Below, piece by piece: positions 30,057 through 40,937 of a stretch of DNA of 64,000 bases. Below the pieces are notes generated by a model that searched no databases, was not told where the DNA came from, and was given only the letters and a program-made list of their open reading frames with translations. The DNA comes from Thermoplasmata archaeon (lineage in GTDB: Archaea; Thermoplasmatota; Thermoplasmata; Lutacidiplasmatales; SKW197): positions 9,705 to 73,704 of the forward strand of contig JAVZCK010000008.1 of the NCBI GenBank assembly GCA_038874435.1. The letters run 5' to 3'. The position numbers and the translations under genes were made by a program. Position 1 is the first letter of the stretch. Each line of letters begins with the position of its first letter.

Positions 30057-31178
30057 ATGGAAGAAGATTTCAGAGTAACTCCCTGGGAAGTATCAGGCAG
30101 AGTCGATTACGATAGAATAATCCAGGAATTTGGCACTACTAAGATAGATGAAAGCCTTAAGGAAAGAATCAAGAAGAATTTCGGAGAACTTCACCAATAT
30201 ATACGAAGGGACATTTTTTTCTCCCATCGCGACCTTGACATTATTCTCTCAGATTTTGAAAATGGGAAAAATTTTTATCTCTACACTGGTAGAGGACCGT
30301 CTGGACATACACACCTTGGCCACATTCTTCCATGGATTTTTACAAAATATCTTCAAGAAAAGACGGGTAGCACTCTTCTTTTCCAACTGACTGACGATGA
30401 GAAATTCTATTTTAAGGAAGAACTTTCTCTTGAAGATACGAAGAAGATGGCCTACGAAAACATTCTTGACATCATAGCCCTGGGGTTTTCCCCAGAGAAG
30501 ACAAAAATATTCCTTGATACAGAATACATCAAAACTCTCTATCCTGTGGCTGCGAAAGTCGCAAAGAAAATTACATTTTCTACAGCAAGAGCGGTCTTTG
30601 GGCTAGAAAATAGCAACAATTTGGGTGAGATTTTTTATACCTCCCTACAATCAGCTCCAGCATTCTTGCCAACTGAATTTGAAGGTAAGATTACCCATGT
30701 ACTTATCCCTTGCGGAATAGACCAGGACCCTCACTTCCGTGTTTGTAGGGATGTAGCTCCTAAACTGGGTTATCCGAAACCTGCATTACTACACTGTAAG
30801 CTATTCCCTTCATTAATGGGTGCAGAAACCAAAATGTCTGCCTCTGTCCCAGAAACCTCAATTTTTACAACAGATGCCCCAAAGGTCGCTAAAAAGAAAA
30901 TAATGAGTGCATTCACGGGTGGTGCTGTGTCAGTTGAAGAACAGCGGAAGCATGGAGGTAACCCAGAAGTTTGTTCCGTTTTTGCTTACTACCAATTCAT
31001 GTTTGAGCCGTATGATGAAAAACTCACTGAGAGATACACCGCATGTCGAAATGGAAATGTGCTTTGTGGAGAGTGCAAACAGGTGCTTGCAGAGCGAGTG
31101 GTCGAATTTCTTAAGGCACATCAGGAAAGGAGAGAGCGGGCAAGAGAATTTGTGGAAAAGTTTATCGTGAGAGATTGA
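30057..31178 (+). CDS. trpS: tryptophanyl-tRNA synthetase (archaeal/eukaryotic type)
   Basis: 373 aa. Class I motifs GRGPSGHTHLGH (HIGH-like) and KMSAS. Confidence 0.9.
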   Translation: MEEDFRVTPWEVSGRVDYDRIIQEFGTTKIDESLKERIKKNFGELHQYIRRDIFFSHRDLDIILSDFENGKNFYLYTGRGPSGHTHLGHILPWIFTKYLQEKTGSTLLFQLTDDEKFYFKEELSLEDTKKMAYENILDIIALGFSPEKTKIFLDTEYIKTLYPVAAKVAKKITFSTARAVFGLENSNNLGEIFYTSLQSAPAFLPTEFEGKITHVLIPCGIDQDPHFRVCRDVAPKLGYPKPALLHCKLFPSLMGAETKMSASVPETSIFTTDAPKVAKKKIMSAFTGGAVSVEEQRKHGGNPEVCSVFAYYQFMFEPYDEKLTERYTACRNGNVLCGECKQVLAERVVEFLKAHQERRERAREFVEKFIVRD

Positions 31179-31223
31179 GCTCTCCAGCATCCTTTTTAGA
31201 GAGAATAACGAAAGAGAAGCAAC

Positions 31224-31233
31224 CTATAAATAC
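31224..31233 (+). promoter_or_regulatory. putative TATA box of the archaellum operon promoter
   Basis: ctataaatac lies about 45 nt upstream of the arlB1 TTG start. A GGAGG Shine-Dalgarno-like element sits 7 nt before the start. Confidence 0.35.
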
Positions 31234-31275
31234 CTAAAAACTTATTTCCAATCACAAAAGTAAGGAGGCGTTAAA

Positions 31276-31965
31276 TTGAAATGGAAGTTGAGAAGAAGCA
31301 GGAAAGGCAGCATGGGTATCGGTGCTTTGATAGTTTTCATAGCACTGGTAGTGGTGGCTGCGATTTCGGCAGTGGTGATAATCAACACAGCAATTACATT
31401 GAAGAACCAGGCAGAGAAGACAGGTGAGAGCATAAAGCTCACAATTCCAGAAGTGAAATCTGTGATAGGGGATAGAGATCCGACAAACTCAGGAACATTA
31501 AGTCCGACCGTTGATTTTCTATATCTTACAATGGTTGTTAATGGTGCCAAAACCCTGAACATGACCACAATGCGTCTGCACATAACTGCATCAAACAGCG
31601 CTAAGAGCGTTGACCTTGTACTCAACACAGCAGCTCTTCAAAGTGCTGCAGACCCTGAGAATCCAACAGAAGCAGAACTGAGAAATGCTGCAGATGCCAC
31701 GCATTATGCTGCAAAGGAGATTGCATCCTATCTGGGGAGTGGATGGGACCCTGGCTTGGGTGCTTTTTATGTGAGCAAGAACACCACATTGAAACTCTAC
31801 ATTGACCTCAGAAACTCTCCGGAGGGCATTGGCATGCCATTACCAGTAAATACAGATGTAATTATCACATTTAATGCGGGAGATAGCAGTGCTTCCTACA
31901 AAGTGCAGTTTAACACTGGCTACTCCTACGGCAACTCTAAAATTATTGACTTTACCTACACATGA
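31276..31965 (+). CDS. arlB: archaellin (archaeal flagellin) ArlB1/FlaB
   Basis: 229 aa. Class III signal peptide MKWKLRRSRKG|SMGIGALIVFIALVVVAAISAVVII (type IV pilin-like N-terminal domain). Start is TTG with an upstream GGAGG. Confidence 0.85.
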   Translation: MKWKLRRSRKGSMGIGALIVFIALVVVAAISAVVIINTAITLKNQAEKTGESIKLTIPEVKSVIGDRDPTNSGTLSPTVDFLYLTMVVNGAKTLNMTTMRLHITASNSAKSVDLVLNTAALQSAADPENPTEAELRNAADATHYAAKEIASYLGSGWDPGLGAFYVSKNTTLKLYIDLRNSPEGIGMPLPVNTDVIITFNAGDSSASYKVQFNTGYSYGNSKIIDFTYT

Positions 31966-31977
31966 GGAGGTGAATAA

Positions 31978-32700
31978 ATGCACAGATTTAGAGTAAGAAA
32001 AATAAAGAAGAGCAAGAATGGTGCAATTGGCATAGGGACGCTGATAGTATTTATCGCAATGATACTCGTGGCTGCAATAGCCGCTGCAGTGATAATCTCA
32101 GCAGTGTTCTCACTCCAGCAGCAAGCAGAAAATGCAGCTGCAGGTGCCCAGAACAAGGTGAGTAATGCATTGCAGGTGAGAATAATTGAAGGTGTTAGAA
32201 CTGGCACACCCCTTAGCAACACAATTGATTATCTTCAGATTCAGGTCGCCCTTGCGCCTGGCAGCAATCCAATCAACATGGCGGATGTGATAATTAAAAT
32301 TGTGACAGCTAATAAGGAAACGGAACTCTCACTTAACCAGTATGTTTTTCCTGGTCCCAACCCTGAAACCCAGTCATTGACAGATGCACTGGCTCTCCAG
32401 CTTGCAGATGGAACACACTATGCGGCTGAGGAAGTTCCAGGTGGACAGGACAACAGTGGCTGGGACCCCTACACCACACCCTCTCATCCTAATCCATCTT
32501 ATTTCCTTGCCGAAGGGAATGTTCTGAAAATCTGGATTGACTTGAGAGCTTCACCTGAGGGAATCGGTTCTCCACTATCTCCATCCACTTACTGCAAGGT
32601 CTCCTTCATCATAACTACTGGTGGCTTCGATACATTTGAAACCTTCACAACACCGCCCTCCTATGATACTGCGCCGATAATAGATTTAACATACAGATGA
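31978..32700 (+). CDS. arlB: archaellin ArlB2/FlaB
   Basis: 240 aa. MHRFRVRKIKKSKNG|AIGIGTLIVFIAMILVAAIAAAVII. C-terminal region paralogous to ArlB1 (...WDP...PEGIG.PL...). Confidence 0.85.
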   Translation: MHRFRVRKIKKSKNGAIGIGTLIVFIAMILVAAIAAAVIISAVFSLQQQAENAAAGAQNKVSNALQVRIIEGVRTGTPLSNTIDYLQIQVALAPGSNPINMADVIIKIVTANKETELSLNQYVFPGPNPETQSLTDALALQLADGTHYAAEEVPGGQDNSGWDPYTTPSHPNPSYFLAEGNVLKIWIDLRASPEGIGSPLSPSTYCKVSFIITTGGFDTFETFTTPPSYDTAPIIDLTYR

Positions 32701-34082
32701 GGTGGAAAATGTCTCCGCTCTTCAAGAAGAAGCAGAAGGAGGAAGGTTCCGCCCAACAAAAACAGGGTATAGAGCAAAGTCTCGAGAAGCCGACTGAGGG
32801 AATCTGTGCAAAGTGTGGCAGCACAAAGCTAAGCTTCTTTGATGATGGCACTGGTAAATGCAACAACTGCGGCAGGACTTTTAACTGGAAGGCTGCACTT
32901 GCCTCGCCTCCAGCACCACAGCAGTTAGAGCCTGTTCAACATCCACAATCAGCTTCGCAACAGCCATCTGCCCAGTTCATAGAATCACCCCAGAATGTTT
33001 CGCAACCACTATCACAGCCCACCCCTGTTGAAAACCCCCAGTTGAATGCACAGACAGTCGTAGAACCCCTACCTCCATCCCCACCGCCTGCAGAGACACA
33101 AAAGGACAACGACGGAGGTTCTGTGTCCACATTTCCCAACCCAGCACTTCCATTGCCTCCTTCACCTGAGATACCTCAGCAACCAGTTCAGCCAATAGTC
33201 ACGCCATCAATCCAGACAGAAGGGGGATTCAGAAGAAGTGAGAGAATTGAGGAGGCACTGGTGGATTTGAAAAATCGTGTGGAAAGGATAAACGATGCCA
33301 ATGAACGCTACAGACTTGAGATAAACGAGATAAAAGAAAGCATTGCTAGAATAGAGAGCAGGTTACACGAACTTACCGCACTTTATGATGCAATCTCAGC
33401 GCAGTTCAACCCGTTCATTGATGTTCAGATAAAACGGGAGACGGTCCAGAGTACAGAGACTACGCCAGAAAAGATTGGTGAGGAACTGAGTGATGCTGTG
33501 ATTCTAGACAAGGTTGCCTGCCCAAAGTGTGGAGAACTTATTCCAGAGGATGCGAAGATCTGCCCCAAATGTGGGACAATTCTGGAGGTTTCTTCAACAC
33601 AATCAATGCCCTCTAATGAGGCACCTCTGCAGGCACTTCCGCAAGTTCCAATGTTTCCACAACAGCCAATGTTTGTCCAGCAACTGCAAAGTTCTCCTCA
33701 AAGGTTCACCCCACTTCTTCAGAGTATTGGGACAGATTACAGGAGTTCTTTGCTTGCAATGAGATGGATTGAGTATCTGCTTGACAGAGTTGATTTGAAC
33801 GAACTCCCACAGGTGCTTGATTATTATAGGAAAATTAACTGGATAAGTAACGAAGTTAAGGCCGACATTCTCTGGAAAATAAAGGGAATAAAAATTGAGA
33901 AAAAACCCTCAAAACCGGAAACAAAAGATGGCTGGCGGCTTTCAATAAATGACCACCTGAAAACCCTGATGTTCATTGAAATGCTCAGAGGCACCCAGCT
34001 GGATAAACAGAATCTGGAGGAATTGGAAAAGGAAATGGAGAAGTTGAAAAAAAGCAATTTGGAGGATTTTTATGGGTTATAG
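32697..34082 (+). CDS. archaellum accessory protein ArlC/D/E-like with two zinc ribbons and Pro/Gln-rich linker
   Basis: 461 aa. N-terminal CAKCGSTK...CNNCG. Low-complexity P/Q/S-rich segment. Coiled coil (RINDANERYRLEINEIKESIARIESRLHELTALYD). Second ribbon CPKCGELIPEDAKICPKCG. C-terminal segment (WIEYLLDRV...LPQVLDYYRKINWISNEV) resembles the FlaD/E domain. Position in operon between arlB and arlF. Confidence 0.6.
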   Translation: MRWKMSPLFKKKQKEEGSAQQKQGIEQSLEKPTEGICAKCGSTKLSFFDDGTGKCNNCGRTFNWKAALASPPAPQQLEPVQHPQSASQQPSAQFIESPQNVSQPLSQPTPVENPQLNAQTVVEPLPPSPPPAETQKDNDGGSVSTFPNPALPLPPSPEIPQQPVQPIVTPSIQTEGGFRRSERIEEALVDLKNRVERINDANERYRLEINEIKESIARIESRLHELTALYDAISAQFNPFIDVQIKRETVQSTETTPEKIGEELSDAVILDKVACPKCGELIPEDAKICPKCGTILEVSSTQSMPSNEAPLQALPQVPMFPQQPMFVQQLQSSPQRFTPLLQSIGTDYRSSLLAMRWIEYLLDRVDLNELPQVLDYYRKINWISNEVKADILWKIKGIKIEKKPSKPETKDGWRLSINDHLKTLMFIEMLRGTQLDKQNLEELEKEMEKLKKSNLEDFYGL

Positions 34083-34491
34083 CGTGGCTGTTGCCTCAGC
34101 CATACTGTTTACTTCTCTTCTCCTTTCGTTTTCATTCATATATATGGGTGTCAATTTCTCAATAGATGCACTTGAGCATGGTTTCAATGAAGGGCTTTCA
34201 GTAAGAGATGCAAAACTTCACACCCTAATTTCTGTTTATGCCTCAAATCTGAGTATGCCCGAAAGTGAGATAGTGCTTTTCAATAGCGGTAGCACAGAGA
34301 TTCGGGTGACAACCCTTAACATCATTGTCAACGGAATCCTTATCACTCAAAACCTTACGATGACTGTAGAAGGAAAAACTACCGAGTTTTGGTATCCTGG
34401 TGAATATCTGAAGGTTCAGATAAGCAACTTGACATACATCCCCGAGAAAGTAAAAATTGTATCTGGAAACGGAAGTTACGCTCTGATATAA
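34072..34491 (+). CDS. arlF: archaellum protein ArlF (FlaF)-like
   Basis: 139 aa. N-terminal TM helix then a beta-rich domain. Operon position. Confidence 0.6.
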   Translation: MGYSVAVASAILFTSLLLSFSFIYMGVNFSIDALEHGFNEGLSVRDAKLHTLISVYASNLSMPESEIVLFNSGSTEIRVTTLNIIVNGILITQNLTMTVEGKTTEFWYPGEYLKVQISNLTYIPEKVKIVSGNGSYALI

Positions 34492-34505
34492 GTGGTGAGA
34501 AAAAA

Positions 34506-35003
34506 ATGCCCGCAAACGCAGCTTCGCACACAATATTTTTCATAGGTGCGCTTGTAGTGTCGAGCATTCTATCTGCTGTATTCATAGGTGTCTCTCTACA
34601 GCTCAAGGATGGGATTGAGGCGAGAAGCGATGCCTTAAACAAACAGTTGAGGACAAGCATAGAGATAATAAATGACCCAAGACAGATGCCCTATGATTCA
34701 AATAATTCTGAACTTGTTCTATACATAAAAAACACTGGCTCAACAACAATCTCTGTTGTAACATTAACAATTGAAATTAATGGAACTCTATATGGTTACA
34801 CATCTGGCTCTGCATCTGGAACAACATTCAACGACACGCAGCTTATCTCACCTACAGGCATTCAAGAGTGGATACCTGAGTCCACACTGATGGTGAAGGT
34901 AAAACTGGTTAGCCCTCTCATTCCTGGGAGTTCATGTCTGGTTAAGGCGACTGTAGAGTATGGTGCCTCTTGCACATTCTCCTTCCGTGTGGTGGGCCCA
35001 TGA
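34506..35003 (+). CDS. arlG: archaellum protein ArlG (FlaG)-like
   Basis: 165 aa. N-terminal TM helix (TIFFIGALVVSSILSAVFIGV) then a beta-sandwich-like domain. Operon position. Confidence 0.6.
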   Translation: MPANAASHTIFFIGALVVSSILSAVFIGVSLQLKDGIEARSDALNKQLRTSIEIINDPRQMPYDSNNSELVLYIKNTGSTTISVVTLTIEINGTLYGYTSGSASGTTFNDTQLISPTGIQEWIPESTLMVKVKLVSPLIPGSSCLVKATVEYGASCTFSFRVVGP

Positions 35004-35698
35004 ATGGAAAGGTATTCTCAATTGAAATTCCAAGAGATGGACTTCACAGAAGGCTAGGAGGAGGTTTACCTGTGGGCACAATAACAGCGATAACTGGTAA
35101 ACATGGGAGTGGAAAAAGTGCAATTGTTCAGCGGATCCTGTATGGACTACTTAAAAACAACTACAATGTCACATACATTTCCACAGAACTCACCACAAAG
35201 GGTTTGATAGACCAAATGGAATCACTTGACTATCAGATCCTTGAGTATCTCACATCTAAACATTTGCTTTTTATCCCTGTTTTTCCTTTGATTGGCAAGA
35301 GCATTCCAAGGAAGGATTTCTTAACAAGGTTGATGGCTGCAAAGAAATTATTTGAAAGTAATATTTGCATAATTGACACATTTTCTGCACTTGTAAAAGA
35401 CCAGCTCACCCCAGAATCTGCCATTGATGTGATGGCATTTTTCAAGAAAATTGTGGCGGGAAGTAAGGCAGTAATCCTTACGATTGAGGATGGAGAGCTA
35501 ACGAAGGAGGTTGAAAATGCAATTTTTTCCGCGGTGGACATTCTCATTGAAATTGAAAGGAGCTTTGGCGAGGGCGAAATCCAGAGGGTGATGACAATAA
35601 CTAGATACACAAACGCTCAGGACTATGTTGGTAGTGTGATAGGTTTCAGGGTCGAGGCAAAACGAGGCATAATTGTTGATATAACTACGGTGGCTTAG
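34970..35698 (+). CDS. arlH: archaellum ATPase-like protein ArlH (FlaH), KaiC/RecA family
   Basis: 242 aa. Walker A GKHGSGKS. RecA-fold layout. Located immediately upstream of arlI. The true start may be the internal MNGKVF. Confidence 0.8.
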   Translation: MHILLPCGGPMNGKVFSIEIPRDGLHRRLGGGLPVGTITAITGKHGSGKSAIVQRILYGLLKNNYNVTYISTELTTKGLIDQMESLDYQILEYLTSKHLLFIPVFPLIGKSIPRKDFLTRLMAAKKLFESNICIIDTFSALVKDQLTPESAIDVMAFFKKIVAGSKAVILTIEDGELTKEVENAIFSAVDILIEIERSFGEGEIQRVMTITRYTNAQDYVGSVIGFRVEAKRGIIVDITTVA

Positions 35699-35699
35699 T

Positions 35700-37361
35700 A
35701 TGGCTACACTTGAAGAAGTTATTGCAAAAAATCCGCATCTTGGTAAATATCTAGAAAGTTTGGCAGCCAAGGGCTTCCCAAAACCTGTATTTCTTGAACG
35801 ACTTGGTGAAGAGGTATCTCGATTGAAGAATCCGAACATAATTTATCCAGTAGGTGACCCAATATTCATACATCTCTATAGGCCAAACGGATATTATTAT
35901 GTGGTAATTGAGCCCCCACTTCCACCAGAAACTGAAGCAAAATACAATCAGATTCTTGAACTCATGCTCAAGTATGCTACCAGATTCGAAGAAACACCTG
36001 AAAAGAAGGAAGAATTTGAACTTCTGATTGACAAACTGATTAACCGAATCACCTCTGTAGAGGAAAAGGAGAAGCGGAAATTTTTCAGAAAATTTGAATT
36101 TGAAAAAATTCCTGTTACACCCCAGGAACTGGAGGTGCTGAGATACCATATCAAGAAGAACATTCTTGAAAACGGAAAAATTGAACCTCTCATCAGAGAC
36201 CCCTACATTGAAGACATTCACTGTGTTGGTACCACTGAAATCCACATCACCCACAAACTTTTCGGGATGCTTGCAACCAACCTCCAGTTTGCAAAAATCG
36301 GGGAAATTGATGAGTTTCTGCGTAACATGACTGAGCGAATTGGTCATCCTGTAAGTGATGCCCGTCCTGTTGTTGACGCTGCCCTGCCAGATGGTTCCAG
36401 GTTGAATGTGGTCTATAGTGAAGATGTGAGCATGCGGGGTCCAAGCTTCACAATCAGAAAATTTTCTGAAAAACCATACACACTTCCAAGGCTTGTAGCA
36501 TGGAATACGCTGAGTGCAGAAATGGCTGGTTTTCTCTGGCTCTGTGTAGAAAATGGAATAAATGCGTTTGTGTGTGGTGAGACAGCATCTGGCAAGACCA
36601 CAACATTGAATGCGCTCATTCCGTTCATAAACCACAAATACAAGGTGTATTCTGCAGAAGATACACCAGAAATCATTTCGCCTCACAAGGTCTGGCAGAG
36701 AATGCTCACACGAGAGAGTGTTCAGGAAAGTGCAAGGGTTGAGATGTATGACTTGCTCAGGGCAGCCCTGAGAAGCAGGCCGAACTTCATAATCGTGGGT
36801 GAGATAAGAGGAAAGGAGGGTTTTGTGGCCTTCCAGGCAATGCAGACAGGCCACTATGTGCTTTCTACCTTCCATGCACCCTCTGTGAAGCAATTAATCC
36901 AGAGATTCATAGGAGAGCCAATTAACATTCCTGAGCGATTTATGGACAACCTGAATCTTGTCGTTTTCCAGCAAAATGTTTACGAGGGGGGCAGAGTGAT
37001 GCGCAGATGCATTTCCATAGACGAAATTCTAAAATACTCAAAGGAGAAGGGCGGTGTGTTAACCCGAAACATGTTCATGTGGGAGCCAGACAGGGACCAG
37101 TTCTTCTTCAACGGCATCAACAACTCCTACATTCTCGAGGAAAAGATTGCTCCGAGATTGAAATACAAGGATAAGGCAGCGATATACAGGGACCTGGAGG
37201 CAAGAGCGACAGCAATCCAGAAACTTGTAGAAGCAAAGGTGTTTGATTACGATGTACTTAACCGAATTCTGGATGAATACTTTGAGAGGAACATTGATAG
37301 TATAAGGAATCCTGCTGAATTTTTGCGGGAGTTTGACAGATTAATCAAGGCGGTCACATGA
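35700..37361 (+). CDS. arlI: archaellum motor ATPase ArlI (FlaI), type II/IV secretion ATPase family
   Basis: 553 aa. Walker A GETASGKTT. Asp box, Walker B (NFIIVGEIRG), His box (TFHA). Confidence 0.92.
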   Translation: MATLEEVIAKNPHLGKYLESLAAKGFPKPVFLERLGEEVSRLKNPNIIYPVGDPIFIHLYRPNGYYYVVIEPPLPPETEAKYNQILELMLKYATRFEETPEKKEEFELLIDKLINRITSVEEKEKRKFFRKFEFEKIPVTPQELEVLRYHIKKNILENGKIEPLIRDPYIEDIHCVGTTEIHITHKLFGMLATNLQFAKIGEIDEFLRNMTERIGHPVSDARPVVDAALPDGSRLNVVYSEDVSMRGPSFTIRKFSEKPYTLPRLVAWNTLSAEMAGFLWLCVENGINAFVCGETASGKTTTLNALIPFINHKYKVYSAEDTPEIISPHKVWQRMLTRESVQESARVEMYDLLRAALRSRPNFIIVGEIRGKEGFVAFQAMQTGHYVLSTFHAPSVKQLIQRFIGEPINIPERFMDNLNLVVFQQNVYEGGRVMRRCISIDEILKYSKEKGGVLTRNMFMWEPDRDQFFFNGINNSYILEEKIAPRLKYKDKAAIYRDLEARATAIQKLVEAKVFDYDVLNRILDEYFERNIDSIRNPAEFLREFDRLIKAVT

Positions 37362-39025
37362 TTGATAGAATAAGAAAAGCGTATCTCTGGATGGAAATTT
37401 CGCCAAAGGACTACATCCTCACAAGAATTCTCCCTGTGTTCATTTTCAGCACAGTTTTCATACTCTCAATTGTGATTCTGCAGCCAGCAATTCTTCAGGA
37501 CATGCTCTACTATCTCCTTTTCGTGGCTGTCCCTCTATTTATCTGCATTTATGTGGTAATTCACCCCCTTGTTATCTACGAACGGCTGGGCAAATCTATA
37601 GATGAAGACATGCACCTTTTTGTGACGAGGCTTGGTGTACTCTCAGTTGCCTATGTCTCAAGAAAGGAAATGTTTGACATTCTCGGGGAGATGAAGGAAT
37701 ACAGGGCGCTGGCAAGAGAGGTGAAAAAAGTTTACGACTTAATGAGCAAGTGGAACATCGCACTCCAGAGGGCATGTAGATTGGTTGCAGAGATGACACC
37801 GAGTGTGCTTTTCTCGGATTTTCTCACAAGAATGGCTCATGCGATTGAGACGGGAGAGAGTGCTGAGAAGTTTGCAGAAAATGAGCAAAAAGCCACGATG
37901 GAAGAATTCGTGGTGAAATACAGGGCAAGTTTGGGTGCTGTGGAAATAATGAACGAGGTCTTCATTTCTTTTGCTGTAGTTGTTATTTTTATTTTCGTGT
38001 TTGTGTTTATTCTTCCCTTTCTAGTTGGTGAGAATGCAATTTATCTGCTTGCAGGTGCCGGGCTTCTCTTTGTGCTGGGAGAAATTTTTTTCCTCTACTT
38101 CTTTGCTACTGTTGTGCCTGGAGAGCACATCTGGCAGACATCTGGAACAGAGACAGAGAGAGAGCAGAAACTTAAAAGAGCATTACTTTACACAGCTCTA
38201 GCATCTGGTCTCCTCATACTTCCTTCTACCTTCCTTTACCTTTTCTTCGCAATCCCGCTATACATTCTCGTTCCGCTCATATTTTCACCGCTTGCGCTAA
38301 CTGGATATCTTGCGGACAAGGAAGAAGAAATCATTATCAGAAGGGATGAGAATTTTCCTTCATTTATCCGCTCCCTTGGAAGTTCTGCAGGTGCAATGGG
38401 AAAGGAAACGACCTATGCCCTTAAAAAGCTCCGCCAGTATAGATTTGGCCCGCTCACAAAAAACATAGATGACCTTTACAAACGCCTTAACCTCAGAATT
38501 AACAAGAGTTTGGCATGGAAGCTTTTTGGAATAGAGAGCGGGAGCGATTTGATTTCAAAGTTTAATGCATTGTATGTTGAAGGCACGCACATTGGTGGGA
38601 ATCCAAAACAAATCAGCCAGATTATCAGCGACAATTTTCTCACAATTGTGGGCTTGAGAAAACACAAGTACCAGGTGAGTGCTACTACCTCTGGAATTCT
38701 CTATGGGCTTACTGCAGGCATAACATTTCCGCTCTACATCTCGCTCTATCTCTCAAACTGGATTCAGCGACTGATGAATTCAGTGGCACCACCAGAGGAA
38801 TACCCTTTTCTAAATATTCTGCACGGCACTGTGTTTGACACATTCTGGCTCACTGTAATCTGTCTTTTCGTGGTTTGCGTCCACTCCTTTCTCTCTGCGT
38901 ACATGCTCAAAATTTTGAAGGGCAGTCATCCCTATGTCATGCTTAAACACTACTGCATAATGCTCTGGATTTCTGGCATCACAGCAGCAATTTCAATCTA
39001 CATGATGCAGATGCTTTTGCCGTGA
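37358..39025 (+). CDS. arlJ: archaellum membrane platform protein ArlJ (FlaJ)
   Basis: 555 aa. Polytopic protein with two cytoplasmic domains (GspF/TadB-like organisation). Overlaps the arlI stop. Confidence 0.85.
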   Translation: MIDRIRKAYLWMEISPKDYILTRILPVFIFSTVFILSIVILQPAILQDMLYYLLFVAVPLFICIYVVIHPLVIYERLGKSIDEDMHLFVTRLGVLSVAYVSRKEMFDILGEMKEYRALAREVKKVYDLMSKWNIALQRACRLVAEMTPSVLFSDFLTRMAHAIETGESAEKFAENEQKATMEEFVVKYRASLGAVEIMNEVFISFAVVVIFIFVFVFILPFLVGENAIYLLAGAGLLFVLGEIFFLYFFATVVPGEHIWQTSGTETEREQKLKRALLYTALASGLLILPSTFLYLFFAIPLYILVPLIFSPLALTGYLADKEEEIIIRRDENFPSFIRSLGSSAGAMGKETTYALKKLRQYRFGPLTKNIDDLYKRLNLRINKSLAWKLFGIESGSDLISKFNALYVEGTHIGGNPKQISQIISDNFLTIVGLRKHKYQVSATTSGILYGLTAGITFPLYISLYLSNWIQRLMNSVAPPEEYPFLNILHGTVFDTFWLTVICLFVVCVHSFLSAYMLKILKGSHPYVMLKHYCIMLWISGITAAISIYMMQMLLP

Positions 39026-39065
39026 GAGGAGTAAAGAGTTTTTATATCCCGAAGTAATTCCCGTC

Positions 39066-39925
<860 letters not shown>

Positions 39926-39929
<4 letters not shown>

Positions 39930-40936
39930 GCTCTTCTCCCCACTATTGGGCGGTGGGGAGGCACATACTTTATTTTTGGGAGTACCTCATTATCTAACAC
40001 AACGATTTCCCCAAAATAGGCATCCACAATTTTTGAGCCACGCTTAATCTCCCTTCGCACCTTTTCTACATCCATCTTTGAAAACAACAGAAGACACTGG
40101 TCTGTAGCTTCCTCCTTCAGTAATTCTAACAACTCAAGAGCACTTGCATTCCTGTTTGTAAACACAACTGGTGTAATTGCAAATGTGAGAGAGTATTCGC
40201 TTACATTCTCACCCTCAAAAACAAATCTTATTCGATTTTCCTTGACACTGGCTTCACTTGGGTATGCCAGATTGATTTCGCATTTTTCGTATATTTCGTC
40301 AGGATACATTTCAATGTCCTTCAACTCCCGCATGAAAATTGTCTCCACGCGCTCAACTATTCTATTCCTCGCATCAATTACAGCTTCTCTCAGCGACACG
40401 GTCTCGTCAAACTTAATCTCAAATCGCATCTTAGTATAGAACTGTGTCAGTTTGTTTTTATAACTGTAGTTTTCCACAAGCTTCGGATGTATCTGGACTG
40501 AGCCCTTCGAAGAGTACAGAAAACAGCCAAGAGAGTAGCCGTCTGTAACCACCGAGAGATAGCTCTTTTTCATCGAGGCACGGGAGGAGAGCATGTGGTC
40601 ATCGATCTCGCTGTGGAACATTGGCGTTGTTTCAGCACCCATTGTAGCTTCAAGGTAGTCGTCCCTGAATGGATGAGAATGATAAAGCCCCACAATCCCA
40701 ACCTTCCTTGGGTAGCTCATTGCCAGGTTCATTTCCTCCACAGGACTTGCTTCGGCACCATACTTTGACTGCGAGATGTACTGGGTCGCGGGCACTGCAT
40801 CAAGCACAAACACATCATCATTATCAAAGAATCCCACGAGCCAGCCCACCACCTCAAACCCATGTGCCTTTGCCTGCTCTAAGGCATGGTTCAGAATTTT
40901 TTCCTTCGCTGTATTCATCAACACAATTTCAGCCAT
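39926..40936 (-). CDS. JAB/MPN (JAMM-like) domain protein with about 200-aa C-terminal extension
   Basis: 336 aa. N-terminal EVVGWLVGFF...LDAV... followed by GLYHSHPF (HxH core of JAMM) and a downstream SEIDD. Last gene of the Ubl-E2-E1-JAB operon; its start is 2 nt after the E1 stop. Confidence 0.65.
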
Positions 40937-40937
40937 T

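Noticed and set aside
35751-36893. 380-aa minus-strand ORF inside arlI
   Set aside because: Antisense to the strongly conserved ArlI/FlaI ATPase. No motifs. Spurious.
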